Shown: positions 15,245-27,769 of the stretch, in pieces
How the letters are laid out: every line of letters starts with the position of its first letter
Numbering within the stretch: the first letter of the stretch is position 1
DNA from: Octopus vulgaris
Lineage: Eukaryota
DNA length: 64,000 bases
NCBI GenBank assembly: GCA_951406725.2
Contig: OX597815.1
Location: 86,862,001-86,926,000 of the forward strand
Reading direction: 5' to 3'
The notes under the pieces: generated by a model
Told to the model about the DNA's origin: nothing
Seen by the model: the letters and a program-made list of their open reading frames with translations, nothing else
Databases searched by the model: none
Position numbers and translations under genes: made by a program

Positions 15245-15300
15245 GGGCATATGGCGTAGTGGTTAAGAGCGCGGGCTACTAACCCCAAGATTCCGAGTTG
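15245..15300 (+). mobile_element. tRNA-derived SINE head fragment
   Basis: GGGCATATGGCGTAGTGGTTAAGAGCGCGGGCTACTAACCCCAAGATTCCGAGTT has an A-box and the start of a B-box, but no complete cloverleaf. Confidence 0.65.
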
Positions 15301-17753
15301 TTTAAGGATGATGAACAACACATCCATGTTTCCAAAGGTGAATTATCCAAAACCCAAAAAATTGCTCCCCGACTACTTCTGCCCGTGGTCAGAGATGTAC
15401 ACATCGTCAGCCACCAAGGGGCATGCTCAACTGGTTAAGGTCGAACAACTAACAAGCAGATATGTGGTATTGAGCAGAATATTTGCTGCAGCCCATCTTT
15501 TATACCAAGACAGTTACAGTTGCCTCCTCTGCGTCCTCCTAAACTCCTCCGACAATTTCCATCTGACACACCCATCCTCTGCCTCTCGTAGCATGTTATG
15601 GGTTTCCTCACCCTGATCTTGGCACTCGTCACTATTTCTATCCTTCGCTAATAAAATGTCAAACTTCTGGAATTTTGTTCCCACTCACATTTTTCCCTAC
15701 AAATGTCAAATTACAGCGATTCAAACTGAATAAAATGTCGAAGGTTTGTGAAGGCCGAGGAAACAATTTCTTCTTAAAATGAAATCTGTTCCATTGACAA
15801 ACTCACTCTTGCTAATCTAAAACCTTCCTTCGAAGGTGGCAAATACTTCATCACAATGTAGTTAAAATGATATCCTGATATCAGGATTGAAACACGTCTA
15901 TATTAAGTGAAATGTCTGTATTGTTCGGTGTCTTTTATGTACAATGTTTTGGCAGTGTTAAGACTTCACTGACAATGCCTTTAGGCTTAACAAGATTCTC
16001 TGAATTTAACAAATCTATAAACTATAATAAGCAGCAAACGTTGATAATGTACAAATTTCTAAGCTTTATACAAGAGATTTGCAAAGGAGTGCCACAAATT
16101 GAAATGTAAACATACCCATTCCATAAAGACTGATGGGTATTAATGAGAATGGACAATTATTAATTCAAGAATTACAATTTCGATTCTTCTTGAAATCTAT
16201 TTGGATCGAGAATGCTAACTCACGTTATTCCATTTAAGCATATATACATTATATTTATGTTGCAAACTTCCCTTGAGAAAAGCAAGCAAATTTTCAATCG
16301 AAGATGCTTTCACGGGAAGATTATATATTAACAAATTTTAAATAGATTATGCCAGAGGCTGCATTATGTTATTTACAGTCGTTTCTTGTAAACTAAACTC
16401 TAAATGAGAGATTGATAGAAATATAAGGGGCTAGTGAGTGAGCGTGAAGCTTGGTCTAAGAAGACTAGAAATTGTAGTAGTCCAGTAGCTTTCATTAGTA
16501 TGGGTTTTAACTTAAAACAGTCTTAATAACAAAAGGAGGTATAACTGTATGCCCACAATTCTTATCGCATTATGTACTGTGGTGAAATATGAGAATAGCA
16601 CATTGAAATATGTGACCACAGCGCCACCACTCAACAAAGAATTAAAATTACTGATTAGCTGCATCCTTCGAAAGTGTAATTTGAAGTGTTGCCTTCCTAT
16701 TCTGCTCATTTCAAAATGAGAGAGCAGCACGAAATTTAAAGAAATCGTATGTTAGCAGGCTTATGACTTGCCTGGATAAAACGTAAAGCAAAAGTTAAGT
16801 TGTTCCAAACGATGTACACATCTCTAATAGTATGTAAATAAAAAGTAAATATAATTTGCAATAAAGTTTTAAATGTCCTTTGAAATGTCTTTTGAATATA
16901 CATATATTCAAATTTCGCTGGCCTTTTTACAGAAACCTAGCTCCTTCAGGCTTAGTTAACCGAACGAATAGGAACAAAAATTCCAAGATGGCTACTGAAA
17001 ACTAAGCTGCTAAGGCAGATCATATAATGTTGCCAGAAGTGAGTTAGGCGTTTCAGTGACACTAGACTCATTAGAAAGGAGAATTCTTTGGACTGGTGTC
17101 TGTTTGGGCTTTGGAAGTCCTAATAGAAACATGACCGTGTGGTGGGGCTTACCTGCGCGAATACGTAGGCGTATTTGTCAGCAGTGTACGTCAGCTGTGT
17201 GTGTTATTGGCTGCATCAGTGTGTGTGTGCGCGAGAGTGACTGTATGTGTGTGTGCGTGTGTATATAAGTGTGCATTAGTGCTTGGTGTTTACACGAGAA
17301 TGCGCGAACATATTTTGGATACATTCATGGGTACGTGCGCCTATGAATGATCGGTGAACGTGAGTATGTAAATTTATGTATTTATATGTGAATGTATTAA
17401 TGTATCTGTCTGGAGGGACATATATGCGTACCTGTGTTTTTTTCTGGTGTGTTCGTGTGTGTGTGTGTATACATACATATATATATATATATCGAATGAA
17501 AAAACGGTATGGACGTTTTGTTCTGGTGTCTCGCTATGCCATATACGACTATAAGGATTTACCTTCCCAATGAAACTCGTTTTTTTCCCAAACATTTTCT
17601 TAAACCTGCTATAATGTATTTGGTGTGGTAATTGTACGCGGCTGAAGAAGGCTATTGGCCTACATGTTATATCAATTATGCATTGATATAAATTATTCAA
17701 TAAAACCAGAAACATATGTACCTCAAAACCCTTTGCATCCTGTTTTTCTTTTG

Positions 17754-17792
<39 letters not shown>

Positions 17793-17900
17793 TGCTTTTC
17801 GTATTTATGTGTGCTAGTGTAGTAGAAACAGCGTTAGTGGGGGAAAATTGACGTTGCACTAAGGTTTGGTGGGGGTGGAGAAAAAAAGAAGTGAGCATGC

Positions 17901-17941
<41 letters not shown>

Positions 17942-18858
17942 TGTGCGTGCACGCTTACATTTATGGACGCAAAGATAGGAGGTCACAGAAGATACATAAG
18001 TTTGGTGTGAGTCAACTTCTGATCTGCTTAGACATCGATGGTTAAGAGCCCTGTCCTTGGTTGTTGGGCAGCCAGTGTTGTGCTATGAATGTTAATGTGG
18101 TATATCTGGTTTGAACTTCACCTGGAGGACGTACTTCTGACCGCAGCAATAAAATTTCGTATTTCTTGTTGATGTATACTGTTTCACCAATAGCAGCTTG
18201 GTTTCTGGTAGCCATCTTGGACTCCCTGTAACTCTTTAGGCTACGTATATATATATATATATATATAGCCTCAACGAGCTAGGTATATAATTATTTAAAA
18301 CGAATTACATATATTATATTTTAAAAGAGTTTGATTCGGTTCCATGCAACTTCAAGTCTCCTAAGCTGGTTACAGGCACCTAGCTCGGCGCCATTTATTT
18401 ATTTTTTTATTTATTTATTTACTGCAAATCGAAGTAAAGGACATGATAAAAACTGACTGAGAAACACCGGTCCAAAAATTACTTTAAGGCTAAAAATGTC
18501 ATTGTAATATACTAAACTACGTCCATTATATGCAATATAGTGAATACGGAGTTCCGATGATACAACAACGTAGACGCCTACGCCAGACATATATGTGAAT
18601 AACATCTCTATAGTAACGTACAATATGTTTTTATATGTACCATGTACTGTTTTTATATACAATATGTGGTACATGTGTAAATGTATACCAGCTAACTACT
18701 GTTTTCTGAGAGTGATATACGGCCTTACATTCTAGGTAAATACAGAAATTGGTACAAACGTTAGAAACAGAGATCATCTGCTTATCACTAAGTAGTTTGG
18801 TATCGATTTCCCAACAGTGAATCCTACCACGACCAATAGTTTTATTTTCCATCCTTTC

Positions 18859-18898
<40 letters not shown>

Positions 18899-19260
18899 AT
18901 GATAAAATAAGTACGAGCGATATAAGTAACATATTAGATCCAATTCTTATCAGGTATAATCTTATTGGTTATAATCCCCCACAATTTCTAAAATTGTTCG
19001 CTCATCTAGCGAAAATACATGATTATATGTACGTGTGTATGTTGCGTGTGTGTGCGCACGTGTGTATGTGTGTGCATGAATGAAAATGATTTTCTGCGGT
19101 ATATATACATATGTATAGTTCTTACGTATATGGACGTATGTATACATACATAGAAACATATATGTATATATATACATATATATATAAATATATATATATG
19201 TATATATATATATATACATATATATATAAATATATATGTATAGTTCCTATATATGTGGAC

Positions 19261-19298
<38 letters not shown>

Positions 19299-19992
19299 TT
19301 TAAAATTAACTGAGATGAGGAAATTAGAGAGGCCAATGGTAACGAATTCAGTAAAGACGAAGACGAGTGTACAAACTAACGTTTTGGTTAATTACTTGAT
19401 TATTGAAATTAGGTTCTCTTCAACAGAAGATACTCACACAAAGAGCGGCAATTTTCCACCAACACCGCATGAGAAGGGTAATGATCACACTGTCTGTTGA
19501 CGGCGAATCAACCACTCGAAAGCACTGTCAATTTTTTACTTGCAGAAATTAATATCTATATACTTTAATAAAATATATTTAATGGTGCTTCGGTTTTCGG
19601 GTAAATTGTCTTTATATAAAACTTCACTAAAAACAAATGGTTGCATATGAGTTATATAACACAAATAGAACCAGGGAATGACAGACAGACAGTTGGAAAA
19701 CGTGAGAGGTTGCAAAAATTCAAAAATTGCTGTACAAAGCCAGGAACTTTTAGCATCCCCTCATATATACATATATCAGTATTTATGTATGAGCTACGGA
19801 GGGTTTCATGGTGTAGAAACACAATAATTTACCGCATTAATACATAAGGCTTTGCTTCTCCAAGCAGTCATTCAGGCTCAAATAAATAGAGTTGGTCTTA
19901 TATGAAAAAAGTGGACGCTGGTCAATGATAAAAAAAATGATAAAAAGAGAAGCCAGCCATATGTATATATATATGCATATGTATATATATGC

Positions 19993-20031
<39 letters not shown>

Positions 20032-20036
<5 letters not shown>

Positions 20037-20339
20037 CAAGAGAGAAAATAGACAGATTCTGACAATGCGGGAAGTTTAATGAAACCTTTATATTTCGGGC
20101 TCCAAGTCCCATCTTCAGAAGAAAAGAACAGTGTAAAAACAAGTTCAGTTATGTAGGATCCGTTAATCCATTCAAACTCTCAAAACGCTGGAGAGTTTGA
20201 ATTGATAAACTGATCCTACATAACTGAACTTTTCATAGACTTTTCTTTTCTTCTGAAAATGGGTCTTCGAGCCCGAAACATAAAGATTTCATTACACTTC
20301 CCGCATTGTCAGAAGCTGCCTATTTTCTCTCTTTTTACA
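20032..20339. repeat. Long imperfect palindrome (~150-bp arms, ~9-nt loop)
   Basis: Arms pair along their length, e.g. TTCTGACAATGCGGGAAG / CTTCCCGCATTGTCAGAA, AAGTTCAGTTATGTAGGATC / GATCCTACATAACTGAACTT and TTCAAACTCTC / GAGAGTTTGAA around loop 20182-20190. Confidence 0.95.
20085..20122 (-). ncRNA. Minimal type I hammerhead ribozyme motif (PLE-type)
   Basis: Minus strand: ctt-CTGAAGA-t-GGG-acttggag-CCC-GAAA-TA-TA-aag. It has the complete CUGANGA/GAAA core, a short stem II, a vestigial palindromic stem III and stem I ctt/aag. The mirror copy at 20250-20285 has CTGAAAA. Confidence 0.55.
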
Positions 20340-20382
20340 TTTTTCTATATTATAATGCTTCAAACGAACTACAATGCGCTTA

Positions 20383-20431
<49 letters not shown>

Positions 20432-20655
20432 ATACATACATACATACATAGATTTTTATATATATTAGTATCCACTGGTTACAAGTCTCTATGCGGAACT
20501 TTAAATCTCAGTTAAAATGAACTTTATAATAAATTTAGCTCTTCTTTTAGCATGCAAGTTGCCTCTCAGTAAAAGTTCTGTTACCATTCGTAAAGTTGCT
20601 TAAGAATAATAACCTTGAAAAAAAACACTCACACACAAGCATGCAGCACGCACAC

Positions 20656-20710
<55 letters not shown>

Positions 20711-20801
20711 AACATACATTATATATGTATGTTTGAATAATTATGTGTGTGGATGTGTGTGAATCAAGAGATGGAATAGGAGAGGGCAGTTGCTGTCTTA
20801 C

Positions 20802-21004
20802 CTTGACTTTTTTGTAGTAATCTATGAAAGAGAACGGCAGTGATACATTCAGAGGAGAGGATTTGTATGGACTAGCTGATCTTTTTCTAGATTCAAAGGC
20901 GATCATCATGTCCATCCATCCTACTGGACGCTCCGACCTAAATTGATCAATGAACCTCTTGCCAAACAAATTACACAGCAAATGAACAAACTCCATGTCG
21001 ATTC
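20802..21004 (-). CDS. HSPA12A: Internal coding exon of HSPA12A/B-like atypical Hsp70 (heat shock 70 kDa protein 12 family)
   Basis: Encodes (G)IDMEFVHLLCNLFGKRFIDQFRSERPVGWMDMMIAFESRKRSASPYKSSPLNVSLPFSFIDYYKKVK, closely matching HSPA12 (..LMIAFESRKR.A.P...PLNITLPFSFIDYYKK). The acceptor is a pyrimidine tract + TAG (21007-21005) and the donor is GTAAGA (20801-20796). Length 203 nt, phase 1 to phase 0. The A versus B paralog call is not resolvable. Confidence 0.93.
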
Positions 21005-21039
21005 CTATGAGAAAAAAAAGGGAAAAAATAATTTATCAG

Positions 21040-21088
<49 letters not shown>

Positions 21089-21859
21089 TAACATAAGGGT
21101 AAATAATTATTTATTTTAAAAATTAACAATTATTACCGAGTAGTTTCGGTATGGAAATATAACCATTATCGATAGGAACTTTTACAAAAAGTTCTTTATA
21201 TATATATATATAAATGGGATTAAGCAACAAGTTGCTTAGCCACATATATTCTACAAATATAGCTCCACATATATCATTTACTTGTAACTCACATATGCAA
21301 AAAGAAGGGAAAATAACAAAAACAAACGGACTTCGGTTAGCGGTTAGTTGTGGACGCGTTTCTGGGTTAGAATTACAAAGAACTCATTCCCATCTTCAGC
21401 ACAACATTCCATTAGGTTATAGATTTGCAAATGCCATTTACCTGCCTCTTGCGTCCCGATCCCGGTAATAATTGTTAATTTTTAAAATTAATAATTATTT
21501 ACCCTTATATTATTAATAATAGAATTTTTCACTCTCTTATAACAAACCAGTTCTCTTTCTGCGGTGCTATTTTTGTAACACACGTGGTAATTTTGGAAGG
21601 AAAATGCGAATTCATTCGTCTATATGGATTTGGTTTGTGCTGACTATCTCCTGCTATCTCCGATGGCGCGGGATCGGGATGCAAGAGGTAGGTAAATAGC
21701 ATTGTAAATAGCATTGTAACACCAAGGCCACCAGCTAGGCCTTGGTGTTACAAGCAAAGTGTTTACACACATATGCACACAAGCAAGGTACCAATACATA
21801 CAAACAATTCATCTTCAAAGAATTATTAAAACTCTAAAACATAAAATACTTAAAATTCT

Positions 21860-22200
21860 CAATATTGATGATTGAACTTGAGCCTTTGCAGTCAAAATGC
21901 CCTTCATTCAACCTACAAGATTTTAAACTGGACTTCAATAAATGCCCAACTATCAGACTAATAAATCCAAACCCGATGTAGATTGGATCAGTAAAAGAAT
22001 ACTAGATAATATAATACTATCAATTTGTGACTTCGTCAAACTGGGCCTTCGGCAAAATATAGTCGAATTACTAGATTGGTTAAGAAACCTAAAAACCAAG
22101 GAACGAACTCGTTTATCCAGTTGGAAATCGACAGCTACTATTCCTCTGTGTTCCCAATTCTTTTGAATAAAGGTTCAATTTTCGCTAGGAAAATTGCTAA
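21860..22200 (+). mobile_element. Penelope-like element RT fragment, degenerate
   Basis: Frameshifted translation: QDFKLDFNKCPTIRLIN(P)..KPDVDWISKRILDNI...LLDWLRNLK...FIQLEIDSYYSSV..LLNK. This resembles PLE RT (KDHK.NF...P..RLINP.K..IG.ISK.ILD.I; F..FDI..FYPSI). Confidence 0.75.
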
Positions 22201-22551
22201 AATTACTAAGTAAGGAAAACCAGTATAAAATTTGATGGTAATTACTAGACGAGGAACTCGGCTATTAACAACTTCAATACTTCCATGGGATCCATGTGTT
22301 TATATGTATGTGTATGTGTGTGTGTGCGCGCGCTCGCGCTGGTTGCGGGTGTATAATTATTGGGGTGGGCCACTCTGTGTGTATACGTGTGTGCATACGT
22401 TCGTATTCTTAGAGGCGTGTGTGACTGATAATAAGTGTGTCTTTATGAATATATTTAATGTTGCTTGTGTGTGATGTGTGCATGTGTGCATGTGTGCATG
22501 TGTGCGTGTGTGCGAGTGTGCATGTGTGCGTGCGTGTGTGTGCGTGCGTGT

Positions 22552-22607
<56 letters not shown>

Positions 22608-24005
22608 ACTAAGCAAATAATGATGCATGCTTCAAGTATGTATGTATATGTGCAAGACACTTTACTAAATCTTGCAGGCTGCTCATGTGTAGAACGCCTT
22701 TGATCATAGCTTTGATTAATCACCAGATACATTGACTTAAAAAAAGAACCATAAAAACTGTAAGGGATCATTTCGAACAAATTGCTATTTACAGGTGCTA
22801 CCTATAATTCATAAAAGATGCATATGTGGAATTGTGTAGAAGGCTATGTAAAAACATTTGTGTTTCTAATGTCTAGTAATTGAAAATAAAATCTGGAAAC
22901 CTAAGAAACTGGTGATTTATTTGAGTTAGCGACAATAAATCAAGTGTCCAATTCGTGGGATGCTGAATAACTTTTTTTGTGTAGAAACTCGTTGCTATCA
23001 ACTTCATAATTGTCATTTAACTTTGTTACTTACTGTTTCAGCTATTTGACTGAACTGTGACTTGTAAGATTATAAAAAATGTGACAACTTCTTAAACCTG
23101 AAATATTCCAGAATAATCACATGCGGAAGTCAAGCACCAAATATAAAAACATTCTGACGGGTTTTTTTTAATGTTTCTTCTTTCAATCTTTTGTGACTTT
23201 TTGTGGCTTTTTATTTAATTTTATTTATTTATTCTTTCTTTCTTTCTTTCTTTTTTGATAGGTATGTTTTGAATATATAAATCATAAAATGAGGATGACA
23301 AAAAACAGCTGAAAGAAAAGTAGATCTAAACAAATATTTAAGAATATTATGCTAAGATTTTCAGCGCGAAGTGACAAGCATTATAAGCTCCAGTTTAAGA
23401 CTGCCTGAGTAAGATTAAAATCGTATGGATGTCATTTCGTATATTCATTTATTCATAAGCTGGTTTTTTTTTTTTTTTGGAACTTTATTTATAAGCTGTT
23501 ATTGTTAGGCCGCTGACCTTGTATCAGTACCATTACGCAAATTAGTTTGTGTCTAGGTAAGTACTTGATTTACATTTTTATAAGTTAGCCTTAAGACACA
23601 AAGGTCTTTGGGGGAATGAATTGTGAATAAATGATGTTGAATTGTTAAATAATAATAACAAGGTCGGTTCAATCCTTATCTCACTCTGCCAAAAATCACC
23701 TTTTGGACCTGACTTCACTGCCTCACTAAAATTGTATGGATGTGAGCCCTTAGATTTATTTATTGCATAATATTTGACTAGATTTTTATTGAGTTGGCCA
23801 GGTTCTCCAGTGGATTTTTAAGTCTCAGTGAAATAAAAGCGCAAGTGATGGATGGTATGGTTTGTTCTACCAATAGGTTAAGTGTGGTGCCTCAGCACAC
23901 ACGCATACACACATATACATATATAAAGAATATAAAATATGAATAATATATAAGCGAGTGGATCGGGTAAAATCCAGGTTATATATGTTTCGTAACTTGG
24001 AGGTC

Positions 24006-24228
24006 CTCTAATGTAATAATTACTCAACGAGGGGTACTCAGCTAGCTTCTAATCAGACTGAAGATACCTTAATTATATGAATGTTACATTGTCTTCAAGG
24101 AATCCCAAGTTAACTCACCGAAGATGGCAAGTTAATTCGGTATCCCTTTACGACAATGTAACCATCGTATCTTCGGCTTGATGAGTAGCTAGCGGAGTAC
24201 CTCTTGTTGAGTAATTATTACATAAGAG
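24006..24228. repeat. Imperfect palindrome / fold-back
   Basis: CTCTAATGTAATAATTACTCAAC..GGTACTC.GCTAGCT...GAAGATAC...GTTACATTGTC pairs with GACAATGTAAC...GTATCTTC...AGCTAGC.GAGTACC...GTTGAGTAATTATTACATAAGAG. Confidence 0.9.
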
Positions 24229-24592
24229 TATTTGCTTGCTAGGAAACATATGTAGTCTGCATTTTACCAGCTCAACTCCCTCAATTTGGATTTTTATTCA
24301 CATTCGTAGCAAATCGTTGCTAACTGTGAGCTATAATAAAATATTTTTTCAGCTTATCGAACTTCGATATGGAAAACCCGACAACATTCGACGCCCAAAA
24401 ATTATTATTGTTCCTGAACGTTTTTCTATACCTACCACGGAGTACTCGAAGCATACGAGCTTCCTAAACTTACATCCTTTGATCTTATAATTACATTTCG
24501 TTAAAAAGGAATATATATATATATATATATATATATACTTGGAAATGGATGCGTTGTGTTTAATTTAATAATAAATAATATAATATATATAC

Positions 24593-25273
24593 ATGCAAAT
24601 ATGGGTACAGGGCGTCACCAACGGTGCAAATAACATGAAACGTGTTAGATACGTACAACGAGAAAAAAATGGAAAACTGGACAATGAAACACAGAGAAAA
24701 GACCTTTCATCAGTTGTAAGCTGTCTATCTATTCCTCATTTCGAACATTCAGCGACAATATGAGTCTTCAAAGTCAGTTGTTCCCATAAATTCTAAAATA
24801 AAATTTGAGATTTATGGAGGATCGAAGTTGGGAACAAAACCATGAGAGTGCAGACATACAAGGAAACCGAACAAAAACAAACATGGAAGGTCGTTAGACC
24901 AGAACGAGAGGAAAATAGTGAATGCTGGGAAAGATATTTTTTGAAAAGAGAGAAAAAGACGTCCGCTCTTTTGAACGTCCGTGCTGGAAAAGAGAGATCG
25001 TCACGTGAGGAAAAGAATGATGGACGATGGTCACGTTTAAGCAGCGAGAGAGAGAGAAAACGGAGAAGGACGGACGGGGGAAAAGGGAATCAGAGAAGGA
25101 TGAAGGATGAAAACAGTATAGAGGAGTAGATAGACAGCCGCCAACTAATGAAGAGTCTTTTCTCACTGTTTGCTTGTCCTGTTTTCCATTTTTCTCGTTG
25201 TACGTATTTAGCTCGTTTGTTTACGTAGTTCATGTTATTTGCACTGTTGGTGACGTCCTGTGCCCATATATGC

Positions 25274-25275
<2 letters not shown>
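24593..25275. mobile_element. Fold-back element with ~145-bp inverted termini, flanked by TA-rich tracts
   Basis: 24593-24737 is the reverse complement (with mismatches) of 25121-25275. The interior is purine-rich and non-coding. Confidence 0.75.
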
Positions 25276-25304
<29 letters not shown>

Positions 25305-26105
25305 ATATTATATATATTGTGCTTTCTTGTTTGGATTAACTTCATATATATATATATATATATATATATACAGTCATTATTTTCGAAATAGCTATCTATG
25401 TCTCATATTTAATGCATATGCACTTTTGATAAACTAGTTGGTGCAGTATTCCTCTTGAGATGACACCATAGATATCAGCGGCCAAAGTGAGAACGCATGA
25501 TGCATTTTGGAGGCATTTTCAATAACATGTATTTGCAGCTAGACACATGGCTCCGATACAGGAAACAGTAAATAAAGCATTGACTGGTGTTGCGAATAAC
25601 CAACCCGCCCGGATAAAAATCCGGCAAACGCAATTGAGGTAGTGTTAACTTTAAAGTAACCACCAAGGTATCACACTTAATGCGCATGTTCCGTAGAATA
25701 GGCCAGTTTTTTCTGTGATAATAGGTATATTTATTTTATTTGTGTCCCTATATGCTTGACACTGATATTCTGGATTAGATGAAAATTGATTTCGATTCTA
25801 ACGATATTTATATTCAGAGAGAGAAGATTTCTTACTTAAAAACGGGGACACTATAAAATTATAAAACGTAATATACTCTCTGCTGCATTACTTCATTTCC
25901 ATCTCGCTTGTGCAATAATTACTAAAACTGAAGAACCCTTATCAGAATTAGAGGACACTAAAAATATGTTGTAGTTCCTCCCTGTTAGGCATAAACATGC
26001 GAACACACATACATACACATACACATCCGTACACATACTACATTCTCACTTCTCTCCCTAATATCTTCCTCAGTCTTACGTTATTCGGCGTCTCTTTTAC
26101 TCTTC

Positions 26106-26153
<48 letters not shown>

Positions 26154-26583
26154 GTATATCTATCTATGTCTATCTCTCTACTTAGGCGAGAGTGCTCCAT
26201 AACCCTGCGTGGGTGTTTACACAAATCTACTGCAAACGAACACCGGAAATGTAAGAAGGAAATGTGGAGTCAGATTTGCCCAAATAAACAACTTTAATAC
26301 AGTTTCCTTACGCACAGCTTCCGCATCGTATATCAGAAGTGACTATACTGGCTTACATCTATTACATTTCTTCCTCGACACAAGAGGCTCTTATGTGAGC
26401 AACCCCCAAACATGCTGTTACATAGTAACAGCTAAGTCGCTTATATGTGTGTGCGTGTGCATGTGTGTTTAAGACATTTATAAAGAGTATATATATTACA
26501 CACACACACACGGACCTGTATGTATGTGCGCATATATATATAACGAGTGGCTTTACATATGCGCATGTGTCGGTGCATGTATA

Positions 26584-26638
<55 letters not shown>

Positions 26639-26949
26639 TGTTTGAAATGGTGTACAGATATTGCATATTGAGAAAAAGGAGGTAGTCAGAATTTTGGATA
26701 ATTCTTTATTAGCGCTTTCGTTCGTTTATCAGACTCGTCAAGACAAAATCAAAATGGTAAAAACAGAACGTTTCGTTGTTCATTTATATAAATCGGATGT
26801 TTTGTTTTTCGCTTTGTTTAGAAGTGGAGAAAGATATTTGGATGGGGGAAGGGGGAAGAAGGAAAGAAAAGTAAAGAAGGAGAAAATAGAATGAGGGAGG
26901 GGTTTCAGGGCAATGTAGAAAGAGAAAAAGAATAATATATAAATATATG

Positions 26950-27683
26950 CACATTACCAAGTTGGCAGAAAAGTGCAGACAACTGGCAGGATGGATATTT
27001 AGGTCATTCAAGACAAGAAACCAAGAAACTACGTTGACTCTGTAGAAAACTTTTGTCCTCAGCCGCCTGGACTACTACTCACAGTTATGGTTACCGCATA
27101 GTGCCAAACTAGCTGCGGAGTCCAACGCTACTACACTAAGAAGATTGAAACAGTGCAACAAATGGGTTACAGGGTTAGTCTGACAAAACTATAACTTTAC
27201 TTTCTGGAGCGAAAGCGTGAGAGACATGCAATAATCTACATATGGAAAACTCTAGCAGGGCTAGTACCATATTTCGGCATTGAGTGTTATACAAATGCCA
27301 GAACTGGCCGCCATTGTATTATACCAAAGGTACTATCTACTCCATCAAAATTCAGAACAGAGTACTGCAATAGACTAGGGTTCAAAGACCCACAGCTCTT
27401 CAATGCCCTGCCATAAAAATTAAGAAATCTGCGCAAGGTGGAAGTAGATGACTCTAGTCATCCTCTTTTCCATAATACCAGATGAACCAACCGCCCGACA
27501 TGAGGTACAGACGAGGGGAGCGGAATCAAACGCCCTTATACACCAAATGGACTAACAGCTGGGACAAAGGCACATAGAGGAGTGGTGATGTGAAACATCT
27601 CAAACTGAGGAAATCAGAAGGTCCACGGTGGTGCTCCAGAGTGACCGCAGCCGCATGGCTGAAACGAGTAAAAGAGTAAAAGA
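26950..27683 (+). mobile_element. 3' end of a CR1-group LINE, degenerate
   Basis: Translation: KCRQLAGWIFRSFKTR...KTFVLSRLDYYSQLW...VQRYYTKKI...LERKRERHAIIYIWK...PQLFNALP...IPDEPT. The tail ends GGTGGTGCTCCAG...GCTGAAACGAGTAAAAGAGTAAAAGA. Confidence 0.8.
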
Positions 27684-27769
27684 ATGTATGTATGTACGTA
27701 TGTTTAATGTGCGTAACAAGTAATTAGAAACAGCCTGTAGCTATGACTAATATATAAATGATATATTAT

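Noticed and set aside
15245-15300. Possible tRNA gene (also 42290-42366 and 33783-33860)
   Set aside because: A/B boxes are present, but there is no complete cloverleaf and the longer ones continue into SINE bodies.
20547-20801. C-terminal part of the 149-aa ORF beyond ...YYKKVK
   Set aside because: HSPA12 similarity stops at a strong GTAAGA donor and the rest is intronic, including (TG)n.
21416-21720. A/G and T/C-only mismatches between inverted arms as a fossil of A-to-I editing
   Set aside because: Only four substitutions, which ordinary transition bias and CpG decay explain.
25480-25705. Putative intronic regulatory element (CCCGCCC, TGCGCATG motifs)
   Set aside because: Short motifs are expected by chance, and no conservation or chromatin data are available.
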